Source: a virus | Taxonomy: Duplodnaviria; Heunggongvirae; Uroviricota; Caudoviricetes | Direction: 5' to 3' (one strand) | Virus record (IMG/VR): IMGVR_UViG_3300046096_000179 | Coordinates: 1 to 63,123 of that record | DNA length: 63,123 nt | Shown: positions 8,442-17,954 of the stretch, piece after piece | Position numbering within the stretch: the first letter of the stretch is position 1 | Layout of the letters: the number at the start of each line of letters is the position of its first letter | Translations under genes and position numbers: made by a program | The notes under the pieces: model-generated | Told to the model about the DNA's origin: nothing | Seen by the model: the letters and a program-made list of their open reading frames with translations, nothing else | The model's database searches: none

Positions 8442-10352
8442 ATGGCAGCATCCTCCATCAGCCCAGGAATTTCGGTACGCGAAACCGACCTTACAAGCAT
8501 CATCCCATCAGTATCCACGACTACCGGCGCTTTTGTTGGCGCATTCGCATGGGGTCCAGTGATGGACGTTACTGGCGTGTCCGATGAGACCGCATTGGTT
8601 GCTCGTTTTGGCAAACCAAACAACAACAACTTTGATTCATTTTTCTCTGCAGCCAACTTCCTTGGATATTCTAATGATCTGAAACTGATTCGAGTGCAGA
8701 CTGCGGGAATGAAGAATGCCGTTGCTGCTGGCACTGCAGTAACCATCAAGAATGAAGCTGAATATGACGCATCGTATGCGGCTGGCGAGGCTTCCGTGGG
8801 TGTGTTTGCGGCCAAGTATCCCGGCACATTGGGCAACTCAATCAAGGTCTCTATGGCCGATGCAGCTACCTACAGCCGCACAGTTACTGGCACGGTTGAA
8901 GTCACCAACGCATCCAACGTGGTTACCGGAACTGGCACTGCATTCACCACCGAATTGTCTGTTGGTGACTTCTTTGAAGTGACTATTGCATCTACCAAGA
9001 TCGTCAAGCAAGTCGCCACCATCGTTGATGCTGATACCCTGACCGTCAATAGCAATTACACCACTGCTGGAACGGGGCTGACGGCTACTGCCAAGTGGGA
9101 GTTCTATACCTATTTTGACGGCGCTCCTGTTGATTCCAATCAGGCATTGGATGCAGGTGCTTCTGGTGACGGTATGCACATTATTGCAGTTGATGTTGAT
9201 GGTAAGTTTACTGGCAAGATTGGCTCGATTCTTTTCCGCGCAGATAATGCTTCTAAGGCATCGAATGGTAAGCGCTACGATGGCACCTCTGGCTACTATC
9301 GGAATGTGATGAACCAATCCACCTATCTCTGGTGGATGGATCATCCCGATGCTGCATTGGTTGGTGCAACAGGACATGATTTTGGTTCGATTGCTTCTGC
9401 TGGCGCGTTCAAGTCTCTGAAAGCCCCTCTGACGGTTACTTTGTCTGGTGGTATGGATGACTATACCGTCACTACCGGCAATCTGCAATTGGCATGGGAC
9501 ATTTTCTCCAATGCCGAACAGCATGACATTTCCTTGGCATTTACTGGCAAGGTTCCATCTTCTGTTGCCGCCTATGTGATCTCCAATGTGGCTGAACGGC
9601 GCATGGATTGTATTGCATTTGTGTCTCCTACCGAAAATGGTGCTCCCATTATTGGCGATACTGCCGAGTCCATTGAGAAAGTGATTGCTTTCCGCAATGC
9701 TCTGAACATTTCTTCTTCGTATGGCGTGATGGATACCGGCTTCAAGTATCAGTATGACAAGTATAACGATGTGTTCCGCTGGGTTCCTCTGAATGCTGAT
9801 ATTGCAGGGACATGCGCCCGCACTGATATGCTGAATGACCCATGGTTCTCCCCCGGTGGTCTGAATCGAGGCCAGATCAAGAATGTGACCAAGTTGGCTA
9901 TTAACCCAACCAAGGCTCAACGCGATGACCTGTTCAAGGTTGGTGTGAACCCAGTGGTGTCATTCCCTGCGCAGGGTGTGGTTCTGTTTGGCGATAAAAC
10001 CCTCTTGGCTCGTCCATCGGCATTTGACGCGATCAACGTCCGCCGCCTGTTTATCGTGCTTGAGAAGGCCATTGCAATCGCTTCCAAGAGCTTCCTGTTT
10101 GAGATGAACAATGACCTGACACGCCAGTTGTTTGCTGGAATGATCAATCCTTATCTGCGTGATGTTCAGGGTCGTCAGGGCATCACAGACTTCTTGGTTG
10201 ATGTTGGTCCCAGTGTCAACACCCCAGAAGTGATTGATTCTCAGGAAATGCGAGCCAACATCTTCATCAAACCAACTCGGTCAATTCGCACGATTCTGCT
10301 TGGCTTCATTGCAACCCGCACATCCGCTAACTTCACCGAACTGGAAGTCTAA
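8442..10352 (+). CDS. 18: Tail sheath protein
   Basis: SPGISVRETDLT, FAWGP, YPGTLGN, PWFSPGG.NRG, LFGDKT, INVRRLF motifs. Confidence 0.97.
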   Translation: MAASSISPGISVRETDLTSIIPSVSTTTGAFVGAFAWGPVMDVTGVSDETALVARFGKPNNNNFDSFFSAANFLGYSNDLKLIRVQTAGMKNAVAAGTAVTIKNEAEYDASYAAGEASVGVFAAKYPGTLGNSIKVSMADAATYSRTVTGTVEVTNASNVVTGTGTAFTTELSVGDFFEVTIASTKIVKQVATIVDADTLTVNSNYTTAGTGLTATAKWEFYTYFDGAPVDSNQALDAGASGDGMHIIAVDVDGKFTGKIGSILFRADNASKASNGKRYDGTSGYYRNVMNQSTYLWWMDHPDAALVGATGHDFGSIASAGAFKSLKAPLTVTLSGGMDDYTVTTGNLQLAWDIFSNAEQHDISLAFTGKVPSSVAAYVISNVAERRMDCIAFVSPTENGAPIIGDTAESIEKVIAFRNALNISSSYGVMDTGFKYQYDKYNDVFRWVPLNADIAGTCARTDMLNDPWFSPGGLNRGQIKNVTKLAINPTKAQRDDLFKVGVNPVVSFPAQGVVLFGDKTLLARPSAFDAINVRRLFIVLEKAIAIASKSFLFEMNNDLTRQLFAGMINPYLRDVQGRQGITDFLVDVGPSVNTPEVIDSQEMRANIFIKPTRSIRTILLGFIATRTSANFTELEV

Positions 10353-10359
10353 TCCCGAT

Positions 10360-10384
10360 GGGGAGGGAAACCTCCCCGTTTATT
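10360..10384 (+). terminator. Terminator hairpin
   Basis: GGGGAGG-GAAA-CCTCCCC followed by GTTTATT. Confidence 0.65.
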
Positions 10385-10418
10385 GACATAACAACGAAAC
10401 ATTAAAGGAAAATTAAAA

Positions 10419-10949
10419 ATGGCCAACATTACGGGGTTTAGAGCATCAATGTATAACGGCGGCGTCCGCCCAAATGCATTCTCAATTGAGATTGATTATC
10501 CAGCATTTGTTACTGCTGGCAATTCTGCTTCCCTCTTGGGAACATATCACTGCCGTTCTGGTTCATTGCCAGCATCAACGGTATCTCCAATCCCATTGTA
10601 TTACATGGGACGTTCAATCAATGTGGCGGGGGAGCGAGACTTTCAACCATGGCAATGCATGATCTATAACGAAGACTTCAAGATTCGGGATGCATTGGAA
10701 ACTTGGTCTAATGGTATCAACAACATCACCAACAACACTGGTGTCATTCAGCCTACCTTGTATCAGACCAACATTCGCATCCGTCAGATGGATCGCAACG
10801 GCGTTGTTCTGAAGACTGTGGAATTGTTTGATGCAATGCCTGTTGAAGTTGGCGCAATCGAACTTGATTGGGAGAATGGGAATCAGGTGGAGCAATTTCC
10901 TGTGACGTTTGTGTATAACTACTACACCACCACTGGCGTCAACGCCTGA
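10419..10949 (+). CDS. 19: Tail tube protein
   Basis: GGVRPNAF, GSLPASTV, VAGERDFQPW, F.VTF.Y motifs. Confidence 0.95.
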   Translation: MANITGFRASMYNGGVRPNAFSIEIDYPAFVTAGNSASLLGTYHCRSGSLPASTVSPIPLYYMGRSINVAGERDFQPWQCMIYNEDFKIRDALETWSNGINNITNNTGVIQPTLYQTNIRIRQMDRNGVVLKTVELFDAMPVEVGAIELDWENGNQVEQFPVTFVYNYYTTTGVNA

Positions 10950-10961
10950 TGAAATGAGGAT

Positions 10962-10999
10962 TCTATTTACGGGGCAATTAAAACATCCCCGTAAATAGA
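10962..10999 (+). promoter_or_regulatory. 13-bp inverted repeat with a late promoter (GTAAATA) in the right arm, upstream of the portal gene
   Basis: TCTATTTACGGGG ... CCCCGTAAATAGA. Confidence 0.6.
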
Positions 11000-11027
11000 C
11001 AATCATAAATCACCATATCATTTTCCC

Positions 11028-13784
11028 ATGCAACTGAATATCTTTGGCTTTGAAATTCGCAAGACTCCAGAAGCGCCCGCCTTGGTTCCCGAGAACAAGG
11101 CGGATGGTGCCATTGAGCAATTCACTGGCGCTGGTGCTGCTCATTATGCCCATGTTTTTGACATCAATGGGCGCCTGAATGATGATGTCGCCAAGATTAA
11201 TCGTTATCGCCAATTGTCTCATGTTGCCGAAATCGACAGTGCAATTGAGGAAATCGTCACCGAAGCCATTGTTGTAGAAGAAGAAAAGCTGCCGGTTCAG
11301 GTTAACGTGGTTGCCGGGGATGAGACTATCCCAGAACAGATCAAAGAAGCCATTGTAGAGGAATTCAAGAACATACTGGCTCTGATGGAATTCAACACCG
11401 AAGGACATGACCTTTTCCGGCGATGGTATGTTGATGGTCGTCTGTATGGACAGATGTTGGTTGACGAATCCGACTTGGCTGCAGGTATCAAAGATATTCG
11501 ATTTATTGACCCCCGTAAGATCAAGAAAGTTCGTGAGATTCAACGTCAGAAAAATTCTGCTGGCGTTGACATCATCACCGGAACCACTGAATATTTTGCG
11601 TTCAATGATGCAGGCATTAACGCCACGACAAATGCTGCCATCAAGCTGTCCCCGGACAATATCATCTATGCGCCATCTGGTATTACAGATGAATCCGGTG
11701 AGACGATCGGATATTTAAATAAAACGATCAAACCAGCCAATATGCTCCGATATATGGAGGATGCGGTGTTGGTTTATACCTTGGCTCGGGCACCTGAGCG
11801 CCGGGTCTTTTACATTGATGTGGCAGATATCCCCAAACAGAAAGCCGATCAGTATATCCGAGATGTGATGGCTCGGTATAAGAACAAAGTTGTTTACAAC
11901 CAAGCTACGGGTGAAATTTCCGATGATCGAATCCACCAGTGTCTGGTAATGGATACCAAGGTTCCTCTGCTGGATGGGCGCACCCTGACTCTGACCGAAA
12001 TCGCCAATGAATACAAAGACAAGGAACTGTGGGCATATTCATGCGACCCAGTGACTGGTAAATTTGCTCCCGGAAAAATCACATGGGCTGGCGTTTCTCG
12101 TCCAGATGCAGAGATTATTCGTCTGACACTGGATAACGGCAAGACTATTGATTGCACCCATGAACACCAATTCCCCGTATGGGGTAAGAACTTGGTTCAG
12201 GCCAAGGATTTGGTTGTTGGTGATTCGATGATTCCTCTGTATCGGAAGAAGGCTCAAATCAGCCAAGCAAACAAGTATGGGTATGAGCAGTTGTTTGACA
12301 ACGAAAACAAAAAATGGGTATTCACACATCGAGCAGTTTCCGCATGGAAAGACGCCAACTCACTTGAGAATGAATTTGTCTTTGATCCAAAATTCATTGA
12401 TGCCGAAAAGAAAACGGTTCATCATATGAATTGCAAGCCTCTTGACAATTCCCCCAATAATTTGTTCCGCATGAACAACGGAGACCATAACAAATGGCAT
12501 CATGCAAATGGCGCAATTGCCGGAAGTTTTGGTGGTAAGCGTGCTGCAGAACTTGGGATACCCCAAGAGAATTATGCCAAGGGTCGTCGCATTTTTTCTG
12601 AAATGATGCAAGACCCAGAGTTCCATGCAAAATTCTGTGAAGGTCAGAAAAACAATTGGACTCCAGAACAAAAGGAACGTCAATCTGGAGTTGCCAAGAA
12701 TATCAACCTGAGCGCTCGTGGCAATGCCGCCAAACAGGAACTCTTTAAGACCAATGAAAAACAAGATCAGCATAAGCAGATGTATGCAACTGCATATAGT
12801 CAGTCTATGTATGATGCGGTTGTTTCTTGTGCAAAGTCTGGAATGACAAAGGATGCTGCCGCCAAATTCATGACTGAATCCTCTGGTTTGCTATTGACAT
12901 TCATTGAACTCAATAGCTCTAAGTGCGTTAGCTCTGGACAAAAATCATTTGATAGATTCACCAAATATGATGTTGTCCGAATTGCCAAAGAATATGCAGA
13001 CACGACATACAAGGAACTTGGAGATCAGTTCAAATACAGGAATCACAAAATTGTCAAGATTGAGTATCTGAGCGAAAGACAAGATACCGGTTGCTTGACA
13101 ATTGATGGCAATGAGGAATTCCATAACTACCATACCTTTGCTTTGGATGCTGGAATTTATACAAAAAACTCATTATTGGAGGATTATTGGATGCCCCGCA
13201 GATCGAATGGGCGCTCCACGGAAATCACCACGCTCCCCGGCTCATCCATTATGTCCAATATGGATAATGTGAATTACTTCTTGAACAAGTTGTATGCTGC
13301 CCTGAACGTCCCAATGTCAAGGATGAAAGCAGACGCCGGGTTTAACTTGGGAAGAACCAGTGAAATCACACGGGACGAAATCAAGTTCAATAAATTCGTA
13401 TCCAGACTTCGCCGCAAGTTCTCTGAGGTGTTCTATCAGGCTCTGCGCGTTCAGTTGATTCTGAAGGGAATCATTGCCCCGGAAGACTGGCAGTTTATCA
13501 AGTCCAAGATTAACTTTGACTTCCTTAGAGACAACTACTTCTCTGAACTCAAGGACAATGAAATCCTGACCGGGAGAATTCAGATGGCTGAAATGATTCA
13601 GCCTTATATGGACAAGTATTACTCTCATAAATATGTCAGAACCATGATCCTCAAGCAGACTGAGGAAGAAATGGAAGACATGGATAAGGAACGGGAGATT
13701 GAAATGAAGCAGCATCCCGAGTGGTTTATGCCTCCGGGGATGGATATGGGTGGCTCTCCCGGTCAGTCAGAACAGCAGCAATAA
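11028..13784 (+). CDS. 20: Portal protein with an HNH-containing intein
   Basis: RRWYVDGR, DPRKIKKVRE, MEDAV.VY.LARAPERRVFYIDV, EDYWMPRR..GRSTEITTLPG. Confidence 0.97.
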   Translation: MQLNIFGFEIRKTPEAPALVPENKADGAIEQFTGAGAAHYAHVFDINGRLNDDVAKINRYRQLSHVAEIDSAIEEIVTEAIVVEEEKLPVQVNVVAGDETIPEQIKEAIVEEFKNILALMEFNTEGHDLFRRWYVDGRLYGQMLVDESDLAAGIKDIRFIDPRKIKKVREIQRQKNSAGVDIITGTTEYFAFNDAGINATTNAAIKLSPDNIIYAPSGITDESGETIGYLNKTIKPANMLRYMEDAVLVYTLARAPERRVFYIDVADIPKQKADQYIRDVMARYKNKVVYNQATGEISDDRIHQCLVMDTKVPLLDGRTLTLTEIANEYKDKELWAYSCDPVTGKFAPGKITWAGVSRPDAEIIRLTLDNGKTIDCTHEHQFPVWGKNLVQAKDLVVGDSMIPLYRKKAQISQANKYGYEQLFDNENKKWVFTHRAVSAWKDANSLENEFVFDPKFIDAEKKTVHHMNCKPLDNSPNNLFRMNNGDHNKWHHANGAIAGSFGGKRAAELGIPQENYAKGRRIFSEMMQDPEFHAKFCEGQKNNWTPEQKERQSGVAKNINLSARGNAAKQELFKTNEKQDQHKQMYATAYSQSMYDAVVSCAKSGMTKDAAAKFMTESSGLLLTFIELNSSKCVSSGQKSFDRFTKYDVVRIAKEYADTTYKELGDQFKYRNHKIVKIEYLSERQDTGCLTIDGNEEFHNYHTFALDAGIYTKNSLLEDYWMPRRSNGRSTEITTLPGSSIMSNMDNVNYFLNKLYAALNVPMSRMKADAGFNLGRTSEITRDEIKFNKFVSRLRRKFSEVFYQALRVQLILKGIIAPEDWQFIKSKINFDFLRDNYFSELKDNEILTGRIQMAEMIQPYMDKYYSHKYVRTMILKQTEEEMEDMDKEREIEMKQHPEWFMPPGMDMGGSPGQSEQQQ
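11940..13169 (+). mobile_element. Intein (410 aa) with an HNH endonuclease in the portal
   Basis: DDRIHQ|CLVMDT ... CTHEHQF ... VHHMN..PLDNSPNNL...DH..WH (HNH) ... GIYTKN|SLLEDYW. Confidence 0.9.
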
Positions 13785-13794
13785 AGGAAACATT

Positions 13795-13977
13795 ATGGAC
13801 TACAAAGAAGCATCCAAGAAAGTCGTTCATGCGGCTCGTGCTAAAGACAAAGATGGCGTTGATGCAGCAATCACGGGTATTCTGTTTTCCAAGACAACAG
13901 ATGCCATTCGTGAGGCTAAATCAACTCTATCCAAGACTATGTTCAATCAGATGATTGCCGATAAGAAATCAAAATGA
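13795..13977 (+). CDS. Small prohead core protein (gp67-like by position)
   Basis: AAGGAA RBS; lies between portal and gp68/gp21; 60 aa, helical. Confidence 0.5.
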   Translation: MDYKEASKKVVHAARAKDKDGVDAAITGILFSKTTDAIREAKSTLSKTMFNQMIADKKSK

Positions 13978-14306
13978 ATTCCATTCGACTGGCTAATGTG
14001 ATTTTTGATATGGGAGAGAAACTTTCCCAGAGCAAATACGAATTGATATGTGAGGATATTCGTTCTGACAGATTTACTCTGTCCGAACATGTCTGTGCAT
14101 ACAAAAAACTGGATATGGTTGCTGGTAAGAATGCATATCGTCTGACCGATGGGACTACCGTGTTGGTTTCGCCAGAACTTATTGAATCTTTAAATTCCCT
14201 AAGTATAGATAAGAATAAATTGACGACTTTTATGTCTCAATCGGAAAAGAATTTCAAATCAGTTTTGAGGACTATCATAGATGGCCGCACGGAAAGTAAT
14301 TGTTAA
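13974..14306 (+). CDS. Hypothetical head-cluster protein
   Basis: Translationally coupled ORF inside the head operon. Confidence 0.55.
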   Translation: MNSIRLANVIFDMGEKLSQSKYELICEDIRSDRFTLSEHVCAYKKLDMVAGKNAYRLTDGTTVLVSPELIESLNSLSIDKNKLTTFMSQSEKNFKSVLRTIIDGRTESNC

Positions 14307-14679
14307 ACTAAATCATAACGAGGCTCTGGTCAAATGCATCAATGATGCAGATTCCCCAGCCACACTGACCATTGGTCTGTCAACTGACCTCCTGAAGTCA
14401 AATGAGGTTTTGTCTGGGACTCCATTCTCCGTGGGTATGTCTTCTATTGATGCAGCCATTGCTGATCTGAAGGAAGTCATTATCTCCCGCAATGGAACTC
14501 CGGTTGTGACACTCTTTGAAAACACCAATACCCTGCCATTCATCTATGGTGCAGATACAGAGTTTTCTGACTCTGACCTGAGTGTTGCTTTTACTGGGAA
14601 AGGCACTGTCTATATCCGTCTTCTGAAGATTTCTGGATATACACCAAAGTTCCAGCCGGAGCGAGGGATTCAACTGTGA
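14281..14679 (+). CDS. Prohead core protein (gp68-like)
   Basis: ILKLN..EA.VK-type N-terminus; immediately upstream of gp21. Confidence 0.5.
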   Translation: MAARKVIVKLNHNEALVKCINDADSPATLTIGLSTDLLKSNEVLSGTPFSVGMSSIDAAIADLKEVIISRNGTPVVTLFENTNTLPFIYGADTEFSDSDLSVAFTGKGTVYIRLLKISGYTPKFQPERGIQL

Positions 14680-15341
14680 AACTAATCCGAGATATTTCAA
14701 GTGACATGGAAATCTTGACCGAAGCAGTTGATGCTGGTGAGAAGCGCATGTATATCGCTGGGCCATTTCTGATGTTCGATAAGCCAAATCGGAATGGTCG
14801 GATTTATCCACAAAAAGTTATGGATGAGGCTGTTTCTGTTTACCAAAAAGAATATATTGACCGAAATCGGGCACTGGGCGAATTTCTTCACCCACAGGGG
14901 CGCGTAACCGTTGATCCAGAACGTGCCTGTGTAATGACAACCGAGTTGACCAAGGATGGTTCTTATTACTACGGCAAGGCCAAGGTTCTCTCTACCCCAT
15001 TGGGCAAGATGTTGGAGAACCTGATGAATGATGGGGTCAAGATTGGAGTTTCCTCCCGGGGTGCAGGTTCCGTGGCTCAAAAAGGCGGCAATAAGATCGT
15101 CCAGCCCGGTTACATCATCACTGCAGCAATTGACTGTGTATTTGATCCTTCGGTTCCAGAGGCTTTTGTTGATCACCTGATGGAAGAAAAAGAATACCTT
15201 TATATGAACGGGTCTTTTATTGAGAAAGACCTGATGGAAGAAAAGTCGCGGATCACCAAAGCCAAGAAGTCCGAATTGACTGAAGCCAAATTGAAGGCAT
15301 TTCAGAATTTTGTAGCCAAAATTTCGGCTTCCCCTAAGTAA
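14676..15341 (+). CDS. 21: Prohead protease
   Basis: MKLIRD, NRNGRIYP, ALGEF.HP, GVSSRGAGS, D.V.DPS.P.AFV. Confidence 0.95.
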   Translation: MKLIRDISSDMEILTEAVDAGEKRMYIAGPFLMFDKPNRNGRIYPQKVMDEAVSVYQKEYIDRNRALGEFLHPQGRVTVDPERACVMTTELTKDGSYYYGKAKVLSTPLGKMLENLMNDGVKIGVSSRGAGSVAQKGGNKIVQPGYIITAAIDCVFDPSVPEAFVDHLMEEKEYLYMNGSFIEKDLMEEKSRITKAKKSELTEAKLKAFQNFVAKISASPK

Positions 15342-15375
15342 ACAAACATACACACCATTTTAAGGAATAACCAAA

Positions 15376-16458
15376 ATGACCGTTGAAACCCAATTGGAAA
15401 CCCTCATGGAATCTGCTGACGCTGTTGATGCCGATCTGTTGGAATCCGTCCGTCAGAAACTGGCCGAAAAGGGCATGTTGTCTGAAAAGAAAAAAGAAGA
15501 AGACAAAGAAGTCCCTGCCCCAGATGCTGATGATGCCGACAAGGATGCTGCTGATGAGCAAGATGACATCCCTGCCGTTTCCGTTGAGAACCCAATCAAT
15601 CCCGAATTGGTTGCTTCCGATACTGAAGGTGACGATGAAGATGCAGATGATGCATCCGTCACCAAGTCAGTCAAGGAATCTGTGGATGCTCTGTTGGGCG
15701 ACGAATTCACCGAAGATTTCAAACTGAAAGCAGTTGTAATTTTTGAAGCCGCCGTTAAAGAGCAGGTTGCCGCAATTGAGAAAGACCTTAAAGCAGAGTA
15801 TAGCAAGAAGGCTGCTGCTCTGCAAGAAGATTTTGATGCTAAGTTGGTGAAAGAGACAGCAGCATTGGAAGAAAGCCTTAGTGATGAAATCAATGGATAC
15901 CTCACCCTAATCAGTGAGCAGTGGATGAGTAAGAATGATCTGGCCGTTCAGGCCGGTGTTAAAGCTGAACTTGTGGAATCTTTTATTACTGGAATGAAGA
16001 CTTTGTTTGAGGAACACTATGTTGACCTCCCAGACGAGAAGTTGGATATGGTTTCCAAACTGGAAAAGGAAAAAGCCGAGTTGACCGAATCTCTGGCTCG
16101 ATCCAATGCACTGTTTGAATCCCTGACCGATACCCATCATTCAATTCTCCGTGCCCAAATTATGAATGAAGCCTCAGCAGGATTCACTTCATTGGACTTT
16201 GAACGATTCAAGACCCTGACCGAAGACTTTGCATTTGATAGCGAAGAAACTTTCCGCAAGAAAGTTGACATCGTTAAGACTGCATTCTTTGAGGCCAAGT
16301 CCGAACGTCGCTCTGCCCCCAAGAAAGAAGAAATCAGTGAATCCTTTGTCCCCAGCGCGCCCGTTATCGAGGAAACCAAGCTGATTGCAGAAGATGCACC
16401 AGCCAAACCAACCAAGATGGACGAATATCTGCGCTACATGGGTAAAGCCAATCGCTAA
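15376..16458 (+). CDS. 22: Prohead scaffolding protein
   Basis: Acidic coiled coil; F..KA.VIFEAAV, ELVESFITGMK.LF.EHY; sits between gp21 and gp23. Confidence 0.9.
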   Translation: MTVETQLETLMESADAVDADLLESVRQKLAEKGMLSEKKKEEDKEVPAPDADDADKDAADEQDDIPAVSVENPINPELVASDTEGDDEDADDASVTKSVKESVDALLGDEFTEDFKLKAVVIFEAAVKEQVAAIEKDLKAEYSKKAAALQEDFDAKLVKETAALEESLSDEINGYLTLISEQWMSKNDLAVQAGVKAELVESFITGMKTLFEEHYVDLPDEKLDMVSKLEKEKAELTESLARSNALFESLTDTHHSILRAQIMNEASAGFTSLDFERFKTLTEDFAFDSEETFRKKVDIVKTAFFEAKSERRSAPKKEEISESFVPSAPVIEETKLIAEDAPAKPTKMDEYLRYMGKANR

Positions 16459-16479
16459 TTTAATAGCAATTGATTTTAC

Positions 16480-16486
16480 CTAAATA
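16480..16486 (+). promoter_or_regulatory. Late promoter (CTAAATA) for the major capsid gene
   Basis: Motif 55 nt upstream of the GAGG RBS and ATG. Confidence 0.65.
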
Positions 16487-16540
16487 TATCAAGAATTAGA
16501 CATTCTTATTTCAACATTCCATATCAAAAGAGGAAACAAA

Positions 16541-17884
16541 ATGATTGACCAAAGCAACGCACTGCTCGAAGAAAAATGGGCTGGTATTCTGGACGCTGAA
16601 GGTGCTGCACCTATCTCCGATCCCTATCGCCGTAAGGTAACCGCCATGCTCTTGGAAAACCAAGAGAAGGCCAATGCCGAATCTCGTCAGGCTCTGTTTG
16701 AAGATGCTCCTACCAACAGCATGGGTTCTTACCCCGATGCTGGCGGTGTTGCCAAGTATGACCCCGTGCTGATTGCCATGGTGCGTCGCACGATGCCCCA
16801 ACTGATCGCATACGATGTGTGTGGTGTGCAGCCTATGTCCAGTCCTGTTGGTCTGATCTTCGCAATGAAGGCCAAGTATACCAACCAAGCTGGCGCTGAA
16901 GCCCTGTTCCAAGAAGCCGATTCCAGCTTCTCCGGCGACAAGACCGCTCAAGGTGGCACCCAAGGTCGCGATGACACCCAGCGTGGTACCAACCCTGCCG
17001 TTCTGAACGATGCAGTGAACAGCCCCGCTACCGACTTCACCTATGGCGGCGGCATGTCCACTGCTACGGCTGAAGCTCTGGGTTCTGTTGGTGGTAACGC
17101 TTTCGGTTCCATGGCTCTGACCATCGAAAAGAAGGCTATCGAAGCCAAGTCCCGTGCTCTGAAGGCTGAATACTCCACCGAAATGGTGCAGGATATGCGC
17201 GCCCTCCATGGCTTGGATGCTGAACAAGAACTGATCAACATCCTGTCTACCGAAATCACCGCTGAAATCAACCGCGAAGTGATCCGTTCGATTGCTGTGT
17301 CTGCCAAACCCGGCGCACAAGCAACAGTCACCCCCGGCGTGTTTGACTTGGATCAAGATGCTGGTGGTCGTTGGTCTGTTGAGAAGTTCAAGGGTCTGAT
17401 GTTCCAAGCAGAGCGCGAGGCCAACGTCATCTCCCAAGAAACCCGTCTGGGTCGTGGTAACTTCATCATCTGCTCCAGCGATGTGGCATCTGCTCTGGCA
17501 ATGGCTGGCACTCTGGATTACAACCCCAGCATCCAAGGCGTGAACGTGGTTGACGAAGCATCCACCACCTTTGCCGGTATCCTGAATGGCCGTTTCAAGG
17601 TGTTCGTTGATCCCTACCTCGCCACTGGTGGCTCCAACGTGCATTACATGGTTGTTGGTCACAAGGGTCAGAACCCATACCAAGCCGGTATGTTCTATGC
17701 TCCTTATCAGGCACTGCAACTGATGCGGGCTGTTGATCCACAGACCTTCCAACCAAAGATCGCGTTCAAAACCAGATATGGCATGACTTCGCATCCTTAC
17801 GCAACTGGCACCGTTGCTGGTGATGGTTTGGCTGCTAACAGCAACGTGTTCTATCGCCGCTTGGCAATTCGCAACGTGCTGTGA
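16541..17884 (+). CDS. 23: Major capsid protein
   Basis: LLENQE, YDPVLI.MVRR.MP.LIAYDVCGVQPM, AKSRALKAEY, FQPKIAFKTRYG. Confidence 0.98.
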   Translation: MIDQSNALLEEKWAGILDAEGAAPISDPYRRKVTAMLLENQEKANAESRQALFEDAPTNSMGSYPDAGGVAKYDPVLIAMVRRTMPQLIAYDVCGVQPMSSPVGLIFAMKAKYTNQAGAEALFQEADSSFSGDKTAQGGTQGRDDTQRGTNPAVLNDAVNSPATDFTYGGGMSTATAEALGSVGGNAFGSMALTIEKKAIEAKSRALKAEYSTEMVQDMRALHGLDAEQELINILSTEITAEINREVIRSIAVSAKPGAQATVTPGVFDLDQDAGGRWSVEKFKGLMFQAEREANVISQETRLGRGNFIICSSDVASALAMAGTLDYNPSIQGVNVVDEASTTFAGILNGRFKVFVDPYLATGGSNVHYMVVGHKGQNPYQAGMFYAPYQALQLMRAVDPQTFQPKIAFKTRYGMTSHPYATGTVAGDGLAANSNVFYRRLAIRNVL

Positions 17885-17927
17885 AATTGATAGCAAGCAT
17901 CCTTTACTGGGTGCTGGTTTCAATAAC

Positions 17928-17952
17928 AAAAGGCTCCCTCGGGAGCCTTTTT
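17928..17952. terminator. Bidirectional terminator
   Basis: AAAAGGCTCCC-TC-GGGAGCCTTTT between convergent genes. Confidence 0.75.
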
Positions 17953-17954
17953 CT

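Noticed and set aside
16511-17929. 472-aa minus-strand ORF opposite the major capsid gene (similarly 8838..9920 opposite gp18 and 41788..42531)
   Set aside because: Antisense shadows expected from the strong codon bias of highly expressed genes; no motifs, RBS or promoter.
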